Below are positions 1 to 9,790 of a stretch of DNA of 64,000 nt, piece by piece; positions within the stretch are counted from its first letter, which is position 1, and the number at the start of each line of letters is the position of its first letter. The position numbers and the translations under genes are program-made. Below the pieces are notes generated by a model. It ran no database searches. It was given only the letters and a program-made list of their open reading frames with translations, and was not told the DNA's origin. The stretch is from Gammaproteobacteria bacterium (lineage in GTDB: Bacteria > Pseudomonadota > Gammaproteobacteria > Eutrophobiales > Eutrophobiaceae). Where the stretch lies: NCBI GenBank assembly GCA_016193395.1, contig JACPSH010000001.1, positions 15,895 through 79,894 of the forward strand, given 5' to 3'.

Positions 1-91
1 TGCATGGACGTGCCCTCGTTCACTGCAATTCCCTGCGAGAAAGGTACGAAAACAGATTCCAACCTCATGATTGTCCTCGCCTTCAGGCTAT

Positions 92-107
92 TGGCACGAA
101 TGATGCC
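92..107 (+). promoter_or_regulatory. candidate sigma-54 (-24/-12) promoter upstream of porin-glnK-amtB
   Basis: The sequence TGGCACGAATGATGC at 92-106 matches TGGCAC-N5-(T)TGC. It has GG at -24 and GC at -12 with the correct spacing, and lies about 55 bp upstream of the porin ATG. Nitrogen genes follow. Confidence 0.35.
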
Positions 108-162
108 ATACAGTATGGAAATTCCATTTCCGATTCGTTACTCAACTTGAGGAGACATCGAA

Positions 163-1317
163 ATGAAAGCGCTTGTCGTTTCATTCATGAGCGGACTGCT
201 GGCTTTGGGAAGCGCAGGGGTCGCCGCAGGGGAGGAGACCACACCGGGACCTGGACCGGAATTGCCCGGCTGGCTGAGCGAAATAGACGTTCACGCCTTT
301 CTTTCAGTCGGCTTCGTCCACGATTTCAACGACCCGGACAGTGACGTCATCAGTCAGCGCTTTTTCGATTTCAAGAATGACGAATTCCGCGTGGATGACT
401 TCCAGTTCAGCCTGCTCAAGGCAGCCGAAGCACCCGGTGAAGCGGGGTTTCGTTTCGATCTCGATGTCGGCTCCAATATCCCTGATGTCATTCAGTCCGC
501 GGGCCTGTTTGATGATCCGGACGGGGAGGACATCGACGTCCGCCAGGCCTACGTCACGTACATCGCCCCGCTCGGCAACGGCCTGACCATTGATTTCGGC
601 AAATACATCACGGCCTTCGGCCTGGAGGTGATCGAGGGATGGCCCGGGTTCAACGATAACTATTCCCACTCCTACGATTTCAGCTTCGCGATTCCATTTA
701 CCCACACCGGCCTGCGTCTGACGTATCCGGTCAATGATCAATTTTCATTGATGTTCATGGCGGTCAATGGTTGGGACAAGGTCGATGACAACAACGATGC
801 CAAGGGGTTTCACGGCCAGGTAGCGTTCTTCCCGATGGAGAACGTCTCGCTGTATTTCAATTATATGGGCAGCCCCGAGCAGGCTGACAACGACGATGAC
901 TGGCGGCATCTATGGAATGTGGTCTGGGTGGTGAAGCCGTTCCCGGCGACGATTCCCGCCCTGACTTTCTCCGGCGACTACACCCACGGCCGTGAAGACA
1001 ACGTGGGTATCGGCGGCCGCGAGGCGAAATGGCACTCCTTCGAGGGCGTGCTGCGCTATGACTTCACGGAGAAATTTTTCGTGGCGGTGAGAGGCGAGTT
1101 TATGAAGGACGAAGACGGGGCACGCATTTCGGCCGGCACCGAGCAGACCGTGTGGGCGTTCACGATCACCCCGACTTTCCTGGTCACCGATCACCTGGTC
1201 GTGCGGCCGGAATTCCGCTACGACGAATCCAACGCGGACGTGTTCGAAGATGATGATGGGGCGTTCACCGAAGACTCGCAGGCGACCATCGGTGTCAACG
1301 TGATTTACTACTTCTGA
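163..1317 (+). CDS. outer-membrane beta-barrel porin-like protein
   Basis: The 384-aa protein has an N-terminal signal peptide (MKALVVSFMSGLLALGSAGVAAG) and alternating hydrophobic and aromatic strands. It ends in a C-terminal aromatic residue (…VNVIYYF), which is typical of OMPs, and sits directly upstream of glnK-amtB. Confidence 0.55.
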   Translation: MKALVVSFMSGLLALGSAGVAAGEETTPGPGPELPGWLSEIDVHAFLSVGFVHDFNDPDSDVISQRFFDFKNDEFRVDDFQFSLLKAAEAPGEAGFRFDLDVGSNIPDVIQSAGLFDDPDGEDIDVRQAYVTYIAPLGNGLTIDFGKYITAFGLEVIEGWPGFNDNYSHSYDFSFAIPFTHTGLRLTYPVNDQFSLMFMAVNGWDKVDDNNDAKGFHGQVAFFPMENVSLYFNYMGSPEQADNDDDWRHLWNVVWVVKPFPATIPALTFSGDYTHGREDNVGIGGREAKWHSFEGVLRYDFTEKFFVAVRGEFMKDEDGARISAGTEQTVWAFTITPTFLVTDHLVVRPEFRYDESNADVFEDDDGAFTEDSQATIGVNVIYYF

Positions 1318-1689
<372 letters not shown>

Positions 1690-1711
1690 TTTCAATGCTG
1701 AGGAGCGAGCG

Positions 1712-3262
1712 ATGTCACGTATAACTAGCTGCCTTTCGAAGTTCCGCGGGGCTTCCGCCCTTTTCGTGGCCGCCCTGCTGTGGTTGCCGTCGATGTCCAT
1801 GGCCCAGGAAGAAGCGCCGGCCGGGGCCATGCCTGCGGCCGAAGCGCCGGCCACGGAGGAAATGGCCGCGGAAGCGGCGCCGGCCGGGGAGCCCGCCGCC
1901 GAAGCGGAACCGGAAGCAGCCGTCGCGCCGGCCCCGTCTGTCGACAAGGGAGACGTTTCCTGGATGCTGATCTCCACGGCCATCGTGCTGATGATGAGCG
2001 TGCCGGGGCTGGCCCTGTTCTACGGCGGCATGGTTCGATCGAAGAACATGCTCTCCATGCTGATGCAGGTGTTCGTGACCTTTTCGCTGATCGTCGTGCT
2101 CTGGTGCCTATACGGCTACAGCCTCGCCTTCACGGAAGGCAACGCGTATTTCGGCGGATTTGCCCGCCTGTTCCTCAATGGAACGTTTGATTCCTCGAGC
2201 GGCGTCTTTGCCATGGCTGCGACCTTCAGCAAGGGCGTGTACATCCCGGAACTGGTCTTCGTCGCGTTCCAGGCGACCTTCGCGGCCATCACCTGCTGCC
2301 TGATTCTTGGCGCCGTCGCCGAGCGCATGAAATTCTCGGCCGTGCTGATCTTCATGGTCCTGTGGTTCACGTTCTCCTATGCGCCGATCTGCCACATGGT
2401 GTGGTTCTGGATGGGACCGGATGCCTACAGCGATGCGGCGGTGGCGGCCGACATGACCTCCAAGGCCGGACTCATCTGGCAATGGGGGGCGCTCGACTTT
2501 GCGGGCGGGACGGTCGTTCACATCAATTCCGGCATCGCCGGACTGGTCGGCGCGTACCTGGTGGGCAAGCGCATCGGCTACGGTAAGGAGACGATGGCGC
2601 CGCACAACCTGCCGCTGACCATGATCGGCGCCTGCCTGCTGTGGACCGGCTGGTTCGGGTTCAACGCGGGATCGGCGCTCGAAGCCGGGAACTTCGCAGC
2701 GCTCGCGTTCATGAACACTTTCCTCGCCACGGCCTGCGCGGTGCTGTCGTGGATGTTCGGAGAATGGTTGTTCAAGGGCAAGCCGTCCATGCTGGGCGCC
2801 GCCTCCGGCGCAGTCGCCGGCCTGGTGGCGATCACGCCGGCCGCGGGCAACGTCGGCATCCCAGGTGCGTTCGTGATCGGGATCGTGGCCGGCCTGATCT
2901 GTCTCTGGGGCGTCAGCGGCCTGAAGAAACTCCTCGGCGCGGACGATTCCCTCGATGTGTTCGGCGTGCACGCGGTCGGCGGCATGACCGGCGCACTCCT
3001 GACCGGCATCTTCAATGCGCCGGCCCTGGGCGGACCGGGTTTGGTGGTGGACTGGGTGACGGTCGCGGGTGGCTACCCGGGCTACGCCACGCAGTTCTGG
3101 ATCCAGTGCAAGGCCGTATTGATGACTCTGATCTGGTCCGGTGTCGTCGCCCTGGTGGCCTACAAGATCGCGGACCTCGTGGTCGGTTTGAGACTGACCG
3201 AAGACGAAGAACGCGAAGGTCTGGATACCATCGAACACGGCGAGAGGAGTTACAGCCTCTAG
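1712..3262 (+). CDS. amtB: ammonium transporter Amt/AmtB
   Basis: The protein shows Amt family signatures (DFAGGTVVHINSGIAGL, WFGFNAGSA) across multiple TM segments. I set the start at the ATG at 1712, which has an AGGAG Shine-Dalgarno sequence 7 nt upstream; the ORF track's start at 1676 overlaps the glnK stop. The protein has a signal peptide followed by an unusual Ala/Glu/Pro-rich segment of about 45 aa before the first TM. Confidence 0.85.
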   Translation: MSRITSCLSKFRGASALFVAALLWLPSMSMAQEEAPAGAMPAAEAPATEEMAAEAAPAGEPAAEAEPEAAVAPAPSVDKGDVSWMLISTAIVLMMSVPGLALFYGGMVRSKNMLSMLMQVFVTFSLIVVLWCLYGYSLAFTEGNAYFGGFARLFLNGTFDSSSGVFAMAATFSKGVYIPELVFVAFQATFAAITCCLILGAVAERMKFSAVLIFMVLWFTFSYAPICHMVWFWMGPDAYSDAAVAADMTSKAGLIWQWGALDFAGGTVVHINSGIAGLVGAYLVGKRIGYGKETMAPHNLPLTMIGACLLWTGWFGFNAGSALEAGNFAALAFMNTFLATACAVLSWMFGEWLFKGKPSMLGAASGAVAGLVAITPAAGNVGIPGAFVIGIVAGLICLWGVSGLKKLLGADDSLDVFGVHAVGGMTGALLTGIFNAPALGGPGLVVDWVTVAGGYPGYATQFWIQCKAVLMTLIWSGVVALVAYKIADLVVGLRLTEDEEREGLDTIEHGERSYSL

Positions 3263-3278
3263 ATTCGAATGTCGAACC

Positions 3279-3310
3279 ATGCGCCCCGGTTGGGGGGACC
3301 CCGCCGGGGC
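3279..3310 (+). terminator. GC-rich stem-loop downstream of amtB
   Basis: GCGCCCCGG and CCGGGGCGC form perfect 9-bp arms. The loop is itself self-complementary (ttggggggaccccg). There is no clear T-tract. Confidence 0.35.
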
Positions 3311-3382
3311 GCATGGGACACGGATGCCAAGGGCAGGATAAACTGATAGCCTAGAAATGAAGAGATCTGAGGAGCCAATTGA

Positions 3383-3721
<339 letters not shown>

Positions 3722-4050
3722 TCCGGGCCGGGCGCCGTCGACCGCGACGGTGCCACAGCTTTAATTTCTTCCCGTCATAAACCCCACGCCGGCGCGCGCC
3801 TGCGTGCCAGAATAGTGCCGGCCTGTGGTGCACTGCCCGTCGGGCGCCACACATTCCGCATAACAACTGTTTGTTTCGTCTGGCTTTTCTGATTCTGCTC
3901 CATTTTGGAACCTGATCTGCCTAAAATCCGGGGCGCTCGAACCATTGTGGTGAAAAGCAAGTAGGGCGATCAGTGGCCTTGCGAGTTGCAGGCGCTTCTC
4001 GTCCGCGGCGCGAGGCGGAAAAAGCCATAACAAGAAGGTTAACGGGGGGA

Positions 4051-5367
4051 ATGATGAAAGCAGCGAAGCATTGGCCAGGCAGATTGGCGGTTGCAGGAAT
4101 GACGTTGTTGATCCCGGGGGCCGTCATGGCCCAGGACGCGCCCGGCCTGAATGGCGCCGACACCGCCTGGATGCTTACCTCGACGGCGCTGGTGCTGTTC
4201 ATGACCCTGCCCGGACTGGCCCTCTTTTACGGCGGCCTCGTGCGCATGAAAAACGTGCTGTCGGTGCTCATGCAGTGCCTGGTGATTGCCTGCTTCGTGT
4301 CGATCCTGTGGGTGTTGTATGCATACACGCTTGCCTTCGGCGCGGGCGGAGACTTCGTCGGAGGACTGTCCAGATTGTTTATGAGTGGCGTCACCGAGGA
4401 CGCGCTCTGGGGGACGATCCCGGAATCCGTGTTTGCGATGTTCCAGCTCACCTTTGCGATCATTACTCCGGCGCTGGTCGTCGGCGCCTTCGCCGAACGG
4501 ATGAAATTCACATCGATGCTGCTGTTTACGGCACTTTGGCTGACGCTCGTCTACGCGCCGATAGCCCACTCGGTCTGGGCCGCTGACGGCTGGCTGTTCA
4601 AGAAAGGCCTGCTCGATTTCGCCGGCGGCACGGTCGTTCACACCACGAGCGGCGTCGCCGCACTCATGTGCGCCCTCATTCTTGGCCCGCGCAACGGCTT
4701 CCCCGGCACACCCATGGCGCCGCACAACATGACCATGACCGTAGCCGGCGCCGGCATGCTCTGGGTGGGCTGGTTCGGATTCAATGCCGGCTCCGCGGTC
4801 GCGGCCAACGCCAATGCCGGCATGGCCATGCTGGTGACGCATACCTCAGCCGCGGTCGCCGCCCTGGCATGGATGACATGCGAATGGATCCGTTTCGGCA
4901 AGCCCAGCGTCCTGGGTGTGGCGACCGGTCTGGTCGCCGGCCTGGCGACCATTACGCCGGCTTCCGGATACGTCGGACCGGGCGGCGCGGTGGTCATCGG
5001 ACTGTTCGCGGGGACCGTCTGTTTCCTCGCCACCAATTTCATGAAGCGCTCGCTCAAGGTCGACGATTCCCTCGATGTATTTCCCGTGCACGGTGTCGGA
5101 GGCATGATGGGCACGCTGCTCTCCGGCGTATTTGCCTCGGCCTCGCTCGGGCTTTTCAGCGGCCAGGGCTATGCCGAAGGCATGGCCATGGGCAGCCAGA
5201 TCGGCGTCCAGCTTATCGGCGTCGTCGCCGTCGCGCTGTATACGGCGGCCGTCACGGCGCTCCTGCTCAAGCTCGTGGACGCGGTTTTCGGGCTGCGTGT
5301 GAGCAATGAGGAGGAGACCATGGGCCTCGACCTGGTGCTCCACAACGAGCGCGGCTACAACCTCTGA
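4051..5367 (+). CDS. amt: ammonium transporter Amt, second copy
   Basis: The protein has DFAGGTVVHTTSGVAAL and WFGFNAGSAVAANA and a signal peptide (…LLIPGAVMA|QDAPG). I chose the start at the ATG pair at 4051; the track ORF begins at 3973. It is separated from glnK2 by an unusual gap of about 330 bp. Confidence 0.85.
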   Translation: MMKAAKHWPGRLAVAGMTLLIPGAVMAQDAPGLNGADTAWMLTSTALVLFMTLPGLALFYGGLVRMKNVLSVLMQCLVIACFVSILWVLYAYTLAFGAGGDFVGGLSRLFMSGVTEDALWGTIPESVFAMFQLTFAIITPALVVGAFAERMKFTSMLLFTALWLTLVYAPIAHSVWAADGWLFKKGLLDFAGGTVVHTTSGVAALMCALILGPRNGFPGTPMAPHNMTMTVAGAGMLWVGWFGFNAGSAVAANANAGMAMLVTHTSAAVAALAWMTCEWIRFGKPSVLGVATGLVAGLATITPASGYVGPGGAVVIGLFAGTVCFLATNFMKRSLKVDDSLDVFPVHGVGGMMGTLLSGVFASASLGLFSGQGYAEGMAMGSQIGVQLIGVVAVALYTAAVTALLLKLVDAVFGLRVSNEEETMGLDLVLHNERGYNL

Positions 5368-5441
5368 GGAAAACTCTGAATAACCTGCTGCGCCGCCCAT
5401 CTGCGGCGTCGCGTGCTCGCTCGCGGCCCGCCTAACAGGTT

Positions 5442-5647
5442 GATGCAAAAGTCCGTCCATGGACTTTTGCATCTCGCTTCGGCCAAAGCGAAGCTTCGGC
5501 CTTGCTCCGTTTATCAAGCACTTAGGTGCTTGATAAACGATGCGTCCCATCCGACCGCCGGGGATGGCGGAAGTGCAGATTTCGCAGGAGCAGGAAATCT
5601 GCCCTGGGGCGCCACAGGCTGATGCAAAACTTAGTTTTGCATCAGCC
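5442..5647. repeat. cluster of four perfect hairpin/palindromic elements in a 530-bp intergenic region
   Basis: The four hairpins are:
- 5442-5473: GATGCAAAAGTCC…GGACTTTTGCATC
- 5508-5539: CGTTTATCAAGCAC ttag GTGCTTGATAAACG
- 5575-5602: GCAGATTTC…GAAATCTGC
- 5618-5647: GGCTGATGCAAAAC ttag TTTTGCATCAGCC
Two of them share the loop TTAG. Confidence 0.6.
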
Positions 5648-5896
5648 TGCTAACCGGCTGTTATGTCTCGCCGCTCGCTCCGCGCCTCCTTGCGGCTGGG
5701 CATGCTCGCGACGGTTCTTCAGCGTTTTCCCAAGCCGGCCCCGAATTGTGCAGGCGGGCGCTTTCGCACCTGCCTTGATTTACAGCAGGCCGATATTTTG
5801 GGCGATGCCAACTGCCTGTTTTAATGCAGGGCGTCTCAGAATAAAATTACGCGCTAGGATCACCATTTCTGACGGAACGCTGATCAAAGGAGAATC

Positions 5897-6958
5897 ATGG
5901 CCGACGCGAATCTGGTTGACCGCGCTTTGCTCAAGACATTTGTGCCGCCCAGCGCCTTGAATGCCGAGAATTTCCAGGAGCTCGCGGGGAAGGCGGTCAT
6001 CGAGGACCTTGCGGCGGGCAAGATGGTCTTCAAGGCCGGCGACCACGACCGCAAGACCGTCTACCTCATCGAGGGCGAACTGGAACTGACCGGCAGCAAG
6101 GGTGAAAAGACCGTGATCCGTTCCGGCACCGATATCTCCAGGCACCCGGTCGGCAATTTCCAGCCACGCAAGCATACTGCGGTGGCCAAGGCCCCGTGCA
6201 AGATCACCCGCATCGACAGCGATCTGCTCGATATCCTGCTGACCTGGGACCAGTTGTCGGGCATCGAAGTCGGTGAGATCTCGGTTTCGGAGGAACAGGG
6301 CAGCGAAGGCGGGGAGGATGGCGACTGGATGACCCGCATCCTGCAATCCAAGGCCTTTTTGCAGGTTCCCGCCGCCAACATCCAGGCGATATTCATGCGC
6401 ATGCAGGAAGTTCCCGTCAAGGCCGGAGACACGATTATCAAGCAGGGTGACGACGGTGATTTCTACTACATCGTCAAGAATGGAAAATGCAAAGTCACGC
6501 GCGCGTCGAAGACCGGCACGGAGTTGACACTGGCGACCCTCGGCGACGGCGACGCGTTCGGCGAGGAAGCGCTGCTGTCCGAGGCGAAGCGCAACGCCAA
6601 TATCATCATGACGACGGACGGTGTACTGATGCGCCTGGCGAAGGAGGATTTCAATACCCTGCTGAAGGAGCCCATGCTCAGTTGGGTAACGAGCGCCCAG
6701 GCGGAGGAAATGGTTAAGAAGGGCGAGGGCGTGTGGATCGACGTGCGCCTCGACAGCGAACACAAGAACAACGGTATCGCCGGCAGCCTCAATATCCCGC
6801 TCTTCATGCTGCGTATGAAGGCGGATTCCCTGGACCCGTCGAAGAAGTACATTCTCTATTGCGATACCGGCCGCCGCAGTTCCGCCGGGGCTTTCCTGCT
6901 GAGCGAACGCGGCTTGCAGGCCTTCTGCCTGAAAGGCGGGCTCCAGAGCGGGGGCTGA
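5897..6958 (+). CDS. tandem cyclic-nucleotide-binding domain protein with C-terminal rhodanese domain
   Basis: The protein has a strong Shine-Dalgarno sequence (AAAGGAGA) upstream of the ATG. It contains two CAP-like cNMP-binding modules (…GELELTG…, …FGEEALLSEAKRNANI…). The C-terminal rhodanese domain has an active-site Cys loop (LYCDTGRRSSAGA). Confidence 0.7.
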   Translation: MADANLVDRALLKTFVPPSALNAENFQELAGKAVIEDLAAGKMVFKAGDHDRKTVYLIEGELELTGSKGEKTVIRSGTDISRHPVGNFQPRKHTAVAKAPCKITRIDSDLLDILLTWDQLSGIEVGEISVSEEQGSEGGEDGDWMTRILQSKAFLQVPAANIQAIFMRMQEVPVKAGDTIIKQGDDGDFYYIVKNGKCKVTRASKTGTELTLATLGDGDAFGEEALLSEAKRNANIIMTTDGVLMRLAKEDFNTLLKEPMLSWVTSAQAEEMVKKGEGVWIDVRLDSEHKNNGIAGSLNIPLFMLRMKADSLDPSKKYILYCDTGRRSSAGAFLLSERGLQAFCLKGGLQSGG

Positions 6959-6990
6959 GCGCCGCGCCTGCGCGGCATCCCGGCGCCGCG

Positions 6991-7839
6991 ATGGCTGCCG
7001 AGTTGAAATCGAGTCGGGGCCACGGACGATACGCCGTGATGGGCAACCCCGTCGCGCACAGCAAATCCCCGCGCATTCATGCGGCTTTCGCCGCGCAGAC
7101 CGGACAATCCCTGGAGTACCGCGCCATCCTTGTGGAACCCGGCGGGTTCGATGCCGCCCTGGACGAATTTCAGCGGGATGGCGGCGATGGCCTCAATGTC
7201 ACCGTGCCGTTCAAGGCCGATGCCTGGCGCGCGGTCTCGGAGCGCACGCCGCGGGCGCAGCGCTGTGGCGCGGTCAATACCATCTGGTTTGGAGAGGGCG
7301 GCCGGCGCTTCGGCGACACGACCGACGGCATCGGCCTGGTCCGCGATCTGCGCCGCAACGGCGTGCTGCTCGCCGGCCGCAGGGTCCTGATCCTGGGCGC
7401 GGGTGGCGCGGTCGCCGGTGTCCTCGGTGAAATGCTGGATGAACGCCCGCAGTCCCTGACCCTGGTGAACCGCACGATTGGGAAGGCGGACGATCTGCGC
7501 AGGCGCTTTGCCGACGTCTCCTGCGCAATTTCTGTCGGGCCCTACGAGTCGCTGGGTTCAGAGCGATTCGATGTGGTCATCAATGGCACCTCGTTGAGCC
7601 TGCAGGGCCGCTTGCCGCCTCTGCCCGAACGCGGCCTTTTGAATGAGGGCGCCTGCTGTTACGACATGGTCTACGGTGACCGCGCAACACCGTTTGTCGA
7701 ATGGGCGGCAGGCCATCGCGTTGTTCGGGCGCTCGATGGCCTCGGCATGCTGGTTGAGCAAGCCGCCGAATCCTTCTTCATCTGGCGCGGAGTGCGGCCG
7801 GAGACGGAACCGGTGATCAGGATGCTGCGACGAAGCTGA
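6991..7839 (+). CDS. aroE: shikimate dehydrogenase
   Basis: The internal ATG at 6991 gives a protein of about 282 aa starting MAAELKSSRGHGRYAVMGNPVAHSKSPRIH. This is the AroE N-terminal motif, and an NAD(P)-binding stretch (LILGAGGAVAGV) follows. The longer track ORF has an arginine-rich, implausible leader. Confidence 0.85.
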   Translation: MAAELKSSRGHGRYAVMGNPVAHSKSPRIHAAFAAQTGQSLEYRAILVEPGGFDAALDEFQRDGGDGLNVTVPFKADAWRAVSERTPRAQRCGAVNTIWFGEGGRRFGDTTDGIGLVRDLRRNGVLLAGRRVLILGAGGAVAGVLGEMLDERPQSLTLVNRTIGKADDLRRRFADVSCAISVGPYESLGSERFDVVINGTSLSLQGRLPPLPERGLLNEGACCYDMVYGDRATPFVEWAAGHRVVRALDGLGMLVEQAAESFFIWRGVRPETEPVIRMLRRS

Positions 7840-7895
7840 CGATCTATTGGGGTGTTCTCTACCAGCCATGAGCCGCCAGCCCCTGTGACTTGTGG

Positions 7896-8720
7896 CTAGT
7901 GGCTGGTGGCTGGTGGTGGGTGATTGGTAACGGAACGCGTAGCAGCCAGCCGATTGGCGATCTTTCCGAACTGCTCCACCGTCAGCTCCTCCGCGCGTAC
8001 ACCCGGATCGATGCCGCAATCGGTGAGCAGTGTATCCGGCTGCGGCACGAGTTCCTTCAGGGCATTCCGTAATTTCTTCCGGCGCTGGCCGAAAGCCAGT
8101 TTCACCACCCGGTCAAACAGTTTTTCGTCTGCCAGCGCCTTCACATGGGTATCGGTGGGGACCAGACGCACCACGGCGGATTCGACCTGCGGCGGCGGAG
8201 AGAACGCGCCACGGCCGACGTCGAACAGCTTTCGCACTTCACTGCGTGCCTGGACCATGACGCTCAGGCGCCCATATTCGCGCGTCCCGGGGGTTGCGCA
8301 GATCCGATCCACGACCTCCAGTTGAAGCATGAAGATCATTTCCGACAGGCAATGTGCCTGCGCAAGGAGGTGGAACAGCAGCGGTGTGGATATGCGGTAG
8401 GGCAGGTTGCCCGCGACTTTCAGTCTGCGCGCGCCCAGGGAGCAGAAATCGAACTGCAAGGCATCCGCGACATGAAGCCTGAGGTCGCCGAACCCTTCGC
8501 AGCGGGTCGTGAGCTGGGCGGCAAGCGCAGGATCGACCTCAATGACGTGTAGCGTTTGGGTGCGCTTAAGGAGTGGGACCGTCAATGCGCCGTGACCCGG
8601 GCCGATCTCGACTAACGGCGCTTCGGGATTCGGAGCGATGGCCGCGACGATGCGGTCGATGACCCGGGGGTCACGCAGGAAGTGCTGACCCAGGCGCTTG
8701 CGGCGGCGGGCACCGGTCAC
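7896..8720 (-). CDS. rsmA: 16S rRNA (adenine1518/1519-N6)-dimethyltransferase
   Basis: The protein has LGQHFLRDPRVIDRIVAAI, the SAM motif EIGPGHGALT and NLPYRISTPLLFHLL. It has a GTG start that overlaps the pdxA stop. Confidence 0.9.
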   Translation of the reverse strand: MTGARRRKRLGQHFLRDPRVIDRIVAAIAPNPEAPLVEIGPGHGALTVPLLKRTQTLHVIEVDPALAAQLTTRCEGFGDLRLHVADALQFDFCSLGARRLKVAGNLPYRISTPLLFHLLAQAHCLSEMIFMLQLEVVDRICATPGTREYGRLSVMVQARSEVRKLFDVGRGAFSPPPQVESAVVRLVPTDTHVKALADEKLFDRVVKLAFGQRRKKLRNALKELVPQPDTLLTDCGIDPGVRAEELTVEQFGKIANRLAATRSVTNHPPPATSH

Positions 8721-9790
8721 GCATCCACGCCCGCGCTGGCCCGCGGGCGGGTCCCCGTCGGGGTCTGCATTGCCAGCCGCGCGGCGAGACGCGCGGCGCA
8801 GGCAATGGCCGCCAGCATACTGTCCGGACGGGCCTTTCCGGTGGCCGCCAGGTGTTCCGCCGTGCCGTGATCCACTGAAGTCCGGATGAACGGCAATCCC
8901 AGCGTGACGTTGACGATGCCGCCGAATCCCCGGGCCTTGAGCGCGGGCAGGCCCTGGTCATGGTACATCGCCACTACGGCGTCCATGCCCCGCAGGGATT
9001 CCGCGGTGAACGCCGTATCGGCCGCGACCGGCCCGGTGAGTTCCATTCCTTCCGCCCGCAACCGGGACAGAACGGGAGCCAGCACCGTCACTTCCTCGCG
9101 CCCCAGGTAACCCTGCTCCCCGGCATGTGGATTGAGGCCCAACACGAGCAGCCGCGGACGATCGATGCCGAAGCGCACACGCAGGTCGTGATCCAGGACG
9201 CGCAGGGTTCGATCGACGCGCTCCGGCGTGATTGCGGCGCTGACCTGCGCCAGGGGCAGGTGCGTAGTCACCAGTGCGACGCGCAATTCGTCGTTCATGA
9301 GCATCATCACGGGAAGCGCCCCGCCGGCGAGTTCGGCAAGGTACTCTGTATGGCCGGAAAACCCGAATCCAGCAGTGTTGATCACGGCCTTGTTGACCGG
9401 GCCGGTAACGACGGCGTCAAAGCCGTCGCGCTGGCAGGCATTCACGGCCCCACGGATGCTATCGAGCACGTGCCGCGCATTGGCGGGATCGGATTGGCCG
9501 GCATGCACCGGAGCAGCGAGCGGTACCGGGCTGACCATGATGAGTCCCGGGCGGTGAGGCTGGACCTCTTCCGGCGCGGCGACGGCAACCACCTCAACGA
9601 CATGGCCGAGCGTGGCGGCACGTTCTTCGATCAGGAGGGGATCGGTGAAGACTAGCAGCGAGGCGTCGATTTGGCGCTGCGCGATCTCCACGATCAGGTC
9701 GGGTCCGATCCCGGCGGGCTCGCCCGCGGTGAGAGCCAGCCGCGGCGGGCGGGGATCAGCTTTCGAGTCGGTATTCGACGTAGGCTTCAT
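8717..9790 (-). CDS. pdxA: 4-hydroxythreonine-4-phosphate dehydrogenase
   Basis: The protein shows PdxA family signatures (LALTAGEPAGIGPDL, GFSGHTEYLAE, NPHAGE). It sits in the conserved position between surA and rsmA. Confidence 0.9.
   Translation of the reverse strand: MKPTSNTDSKADPRPPRLALTAGEPAGIGPDLIVEIAQRQIDASLLVFTDPLLIEERAATLGHVVEVVAVAAPEEVQPHRPGLIMVSPVPLAAPVHAGQSDPANARHVLDSIRGAVNACQRDGFDAVVTGPVNKAVINTAGFGFSGHTEYLAELAGGALPVMMLMNDELRVALVTTHLPLAQVSAAITPERVDRTLRVLDHDLRVRFGIDRPRLLVLGLNPHAGEQGYLGREEVTVLAPVLSRLRAEGMELTGPVAADTAFTAESLRGMDAVVAMYHDQGLPALKARGFGGIVNVTLGLPFIRTSVDHGTAEHLAATGKARPDSMLAAIACAARLAARLAMQTPTGTRPRASAGVDA

Noticed and set aside
6733-6990. N-terminal extension of aroE overlapping the rhodanese gene
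   Set aside because: The 86-residue leader is Arg/Pro/Gln-rich and overlaps the preceding gene. The AroE-like N-terminus starts at the internal ATG at 6991.
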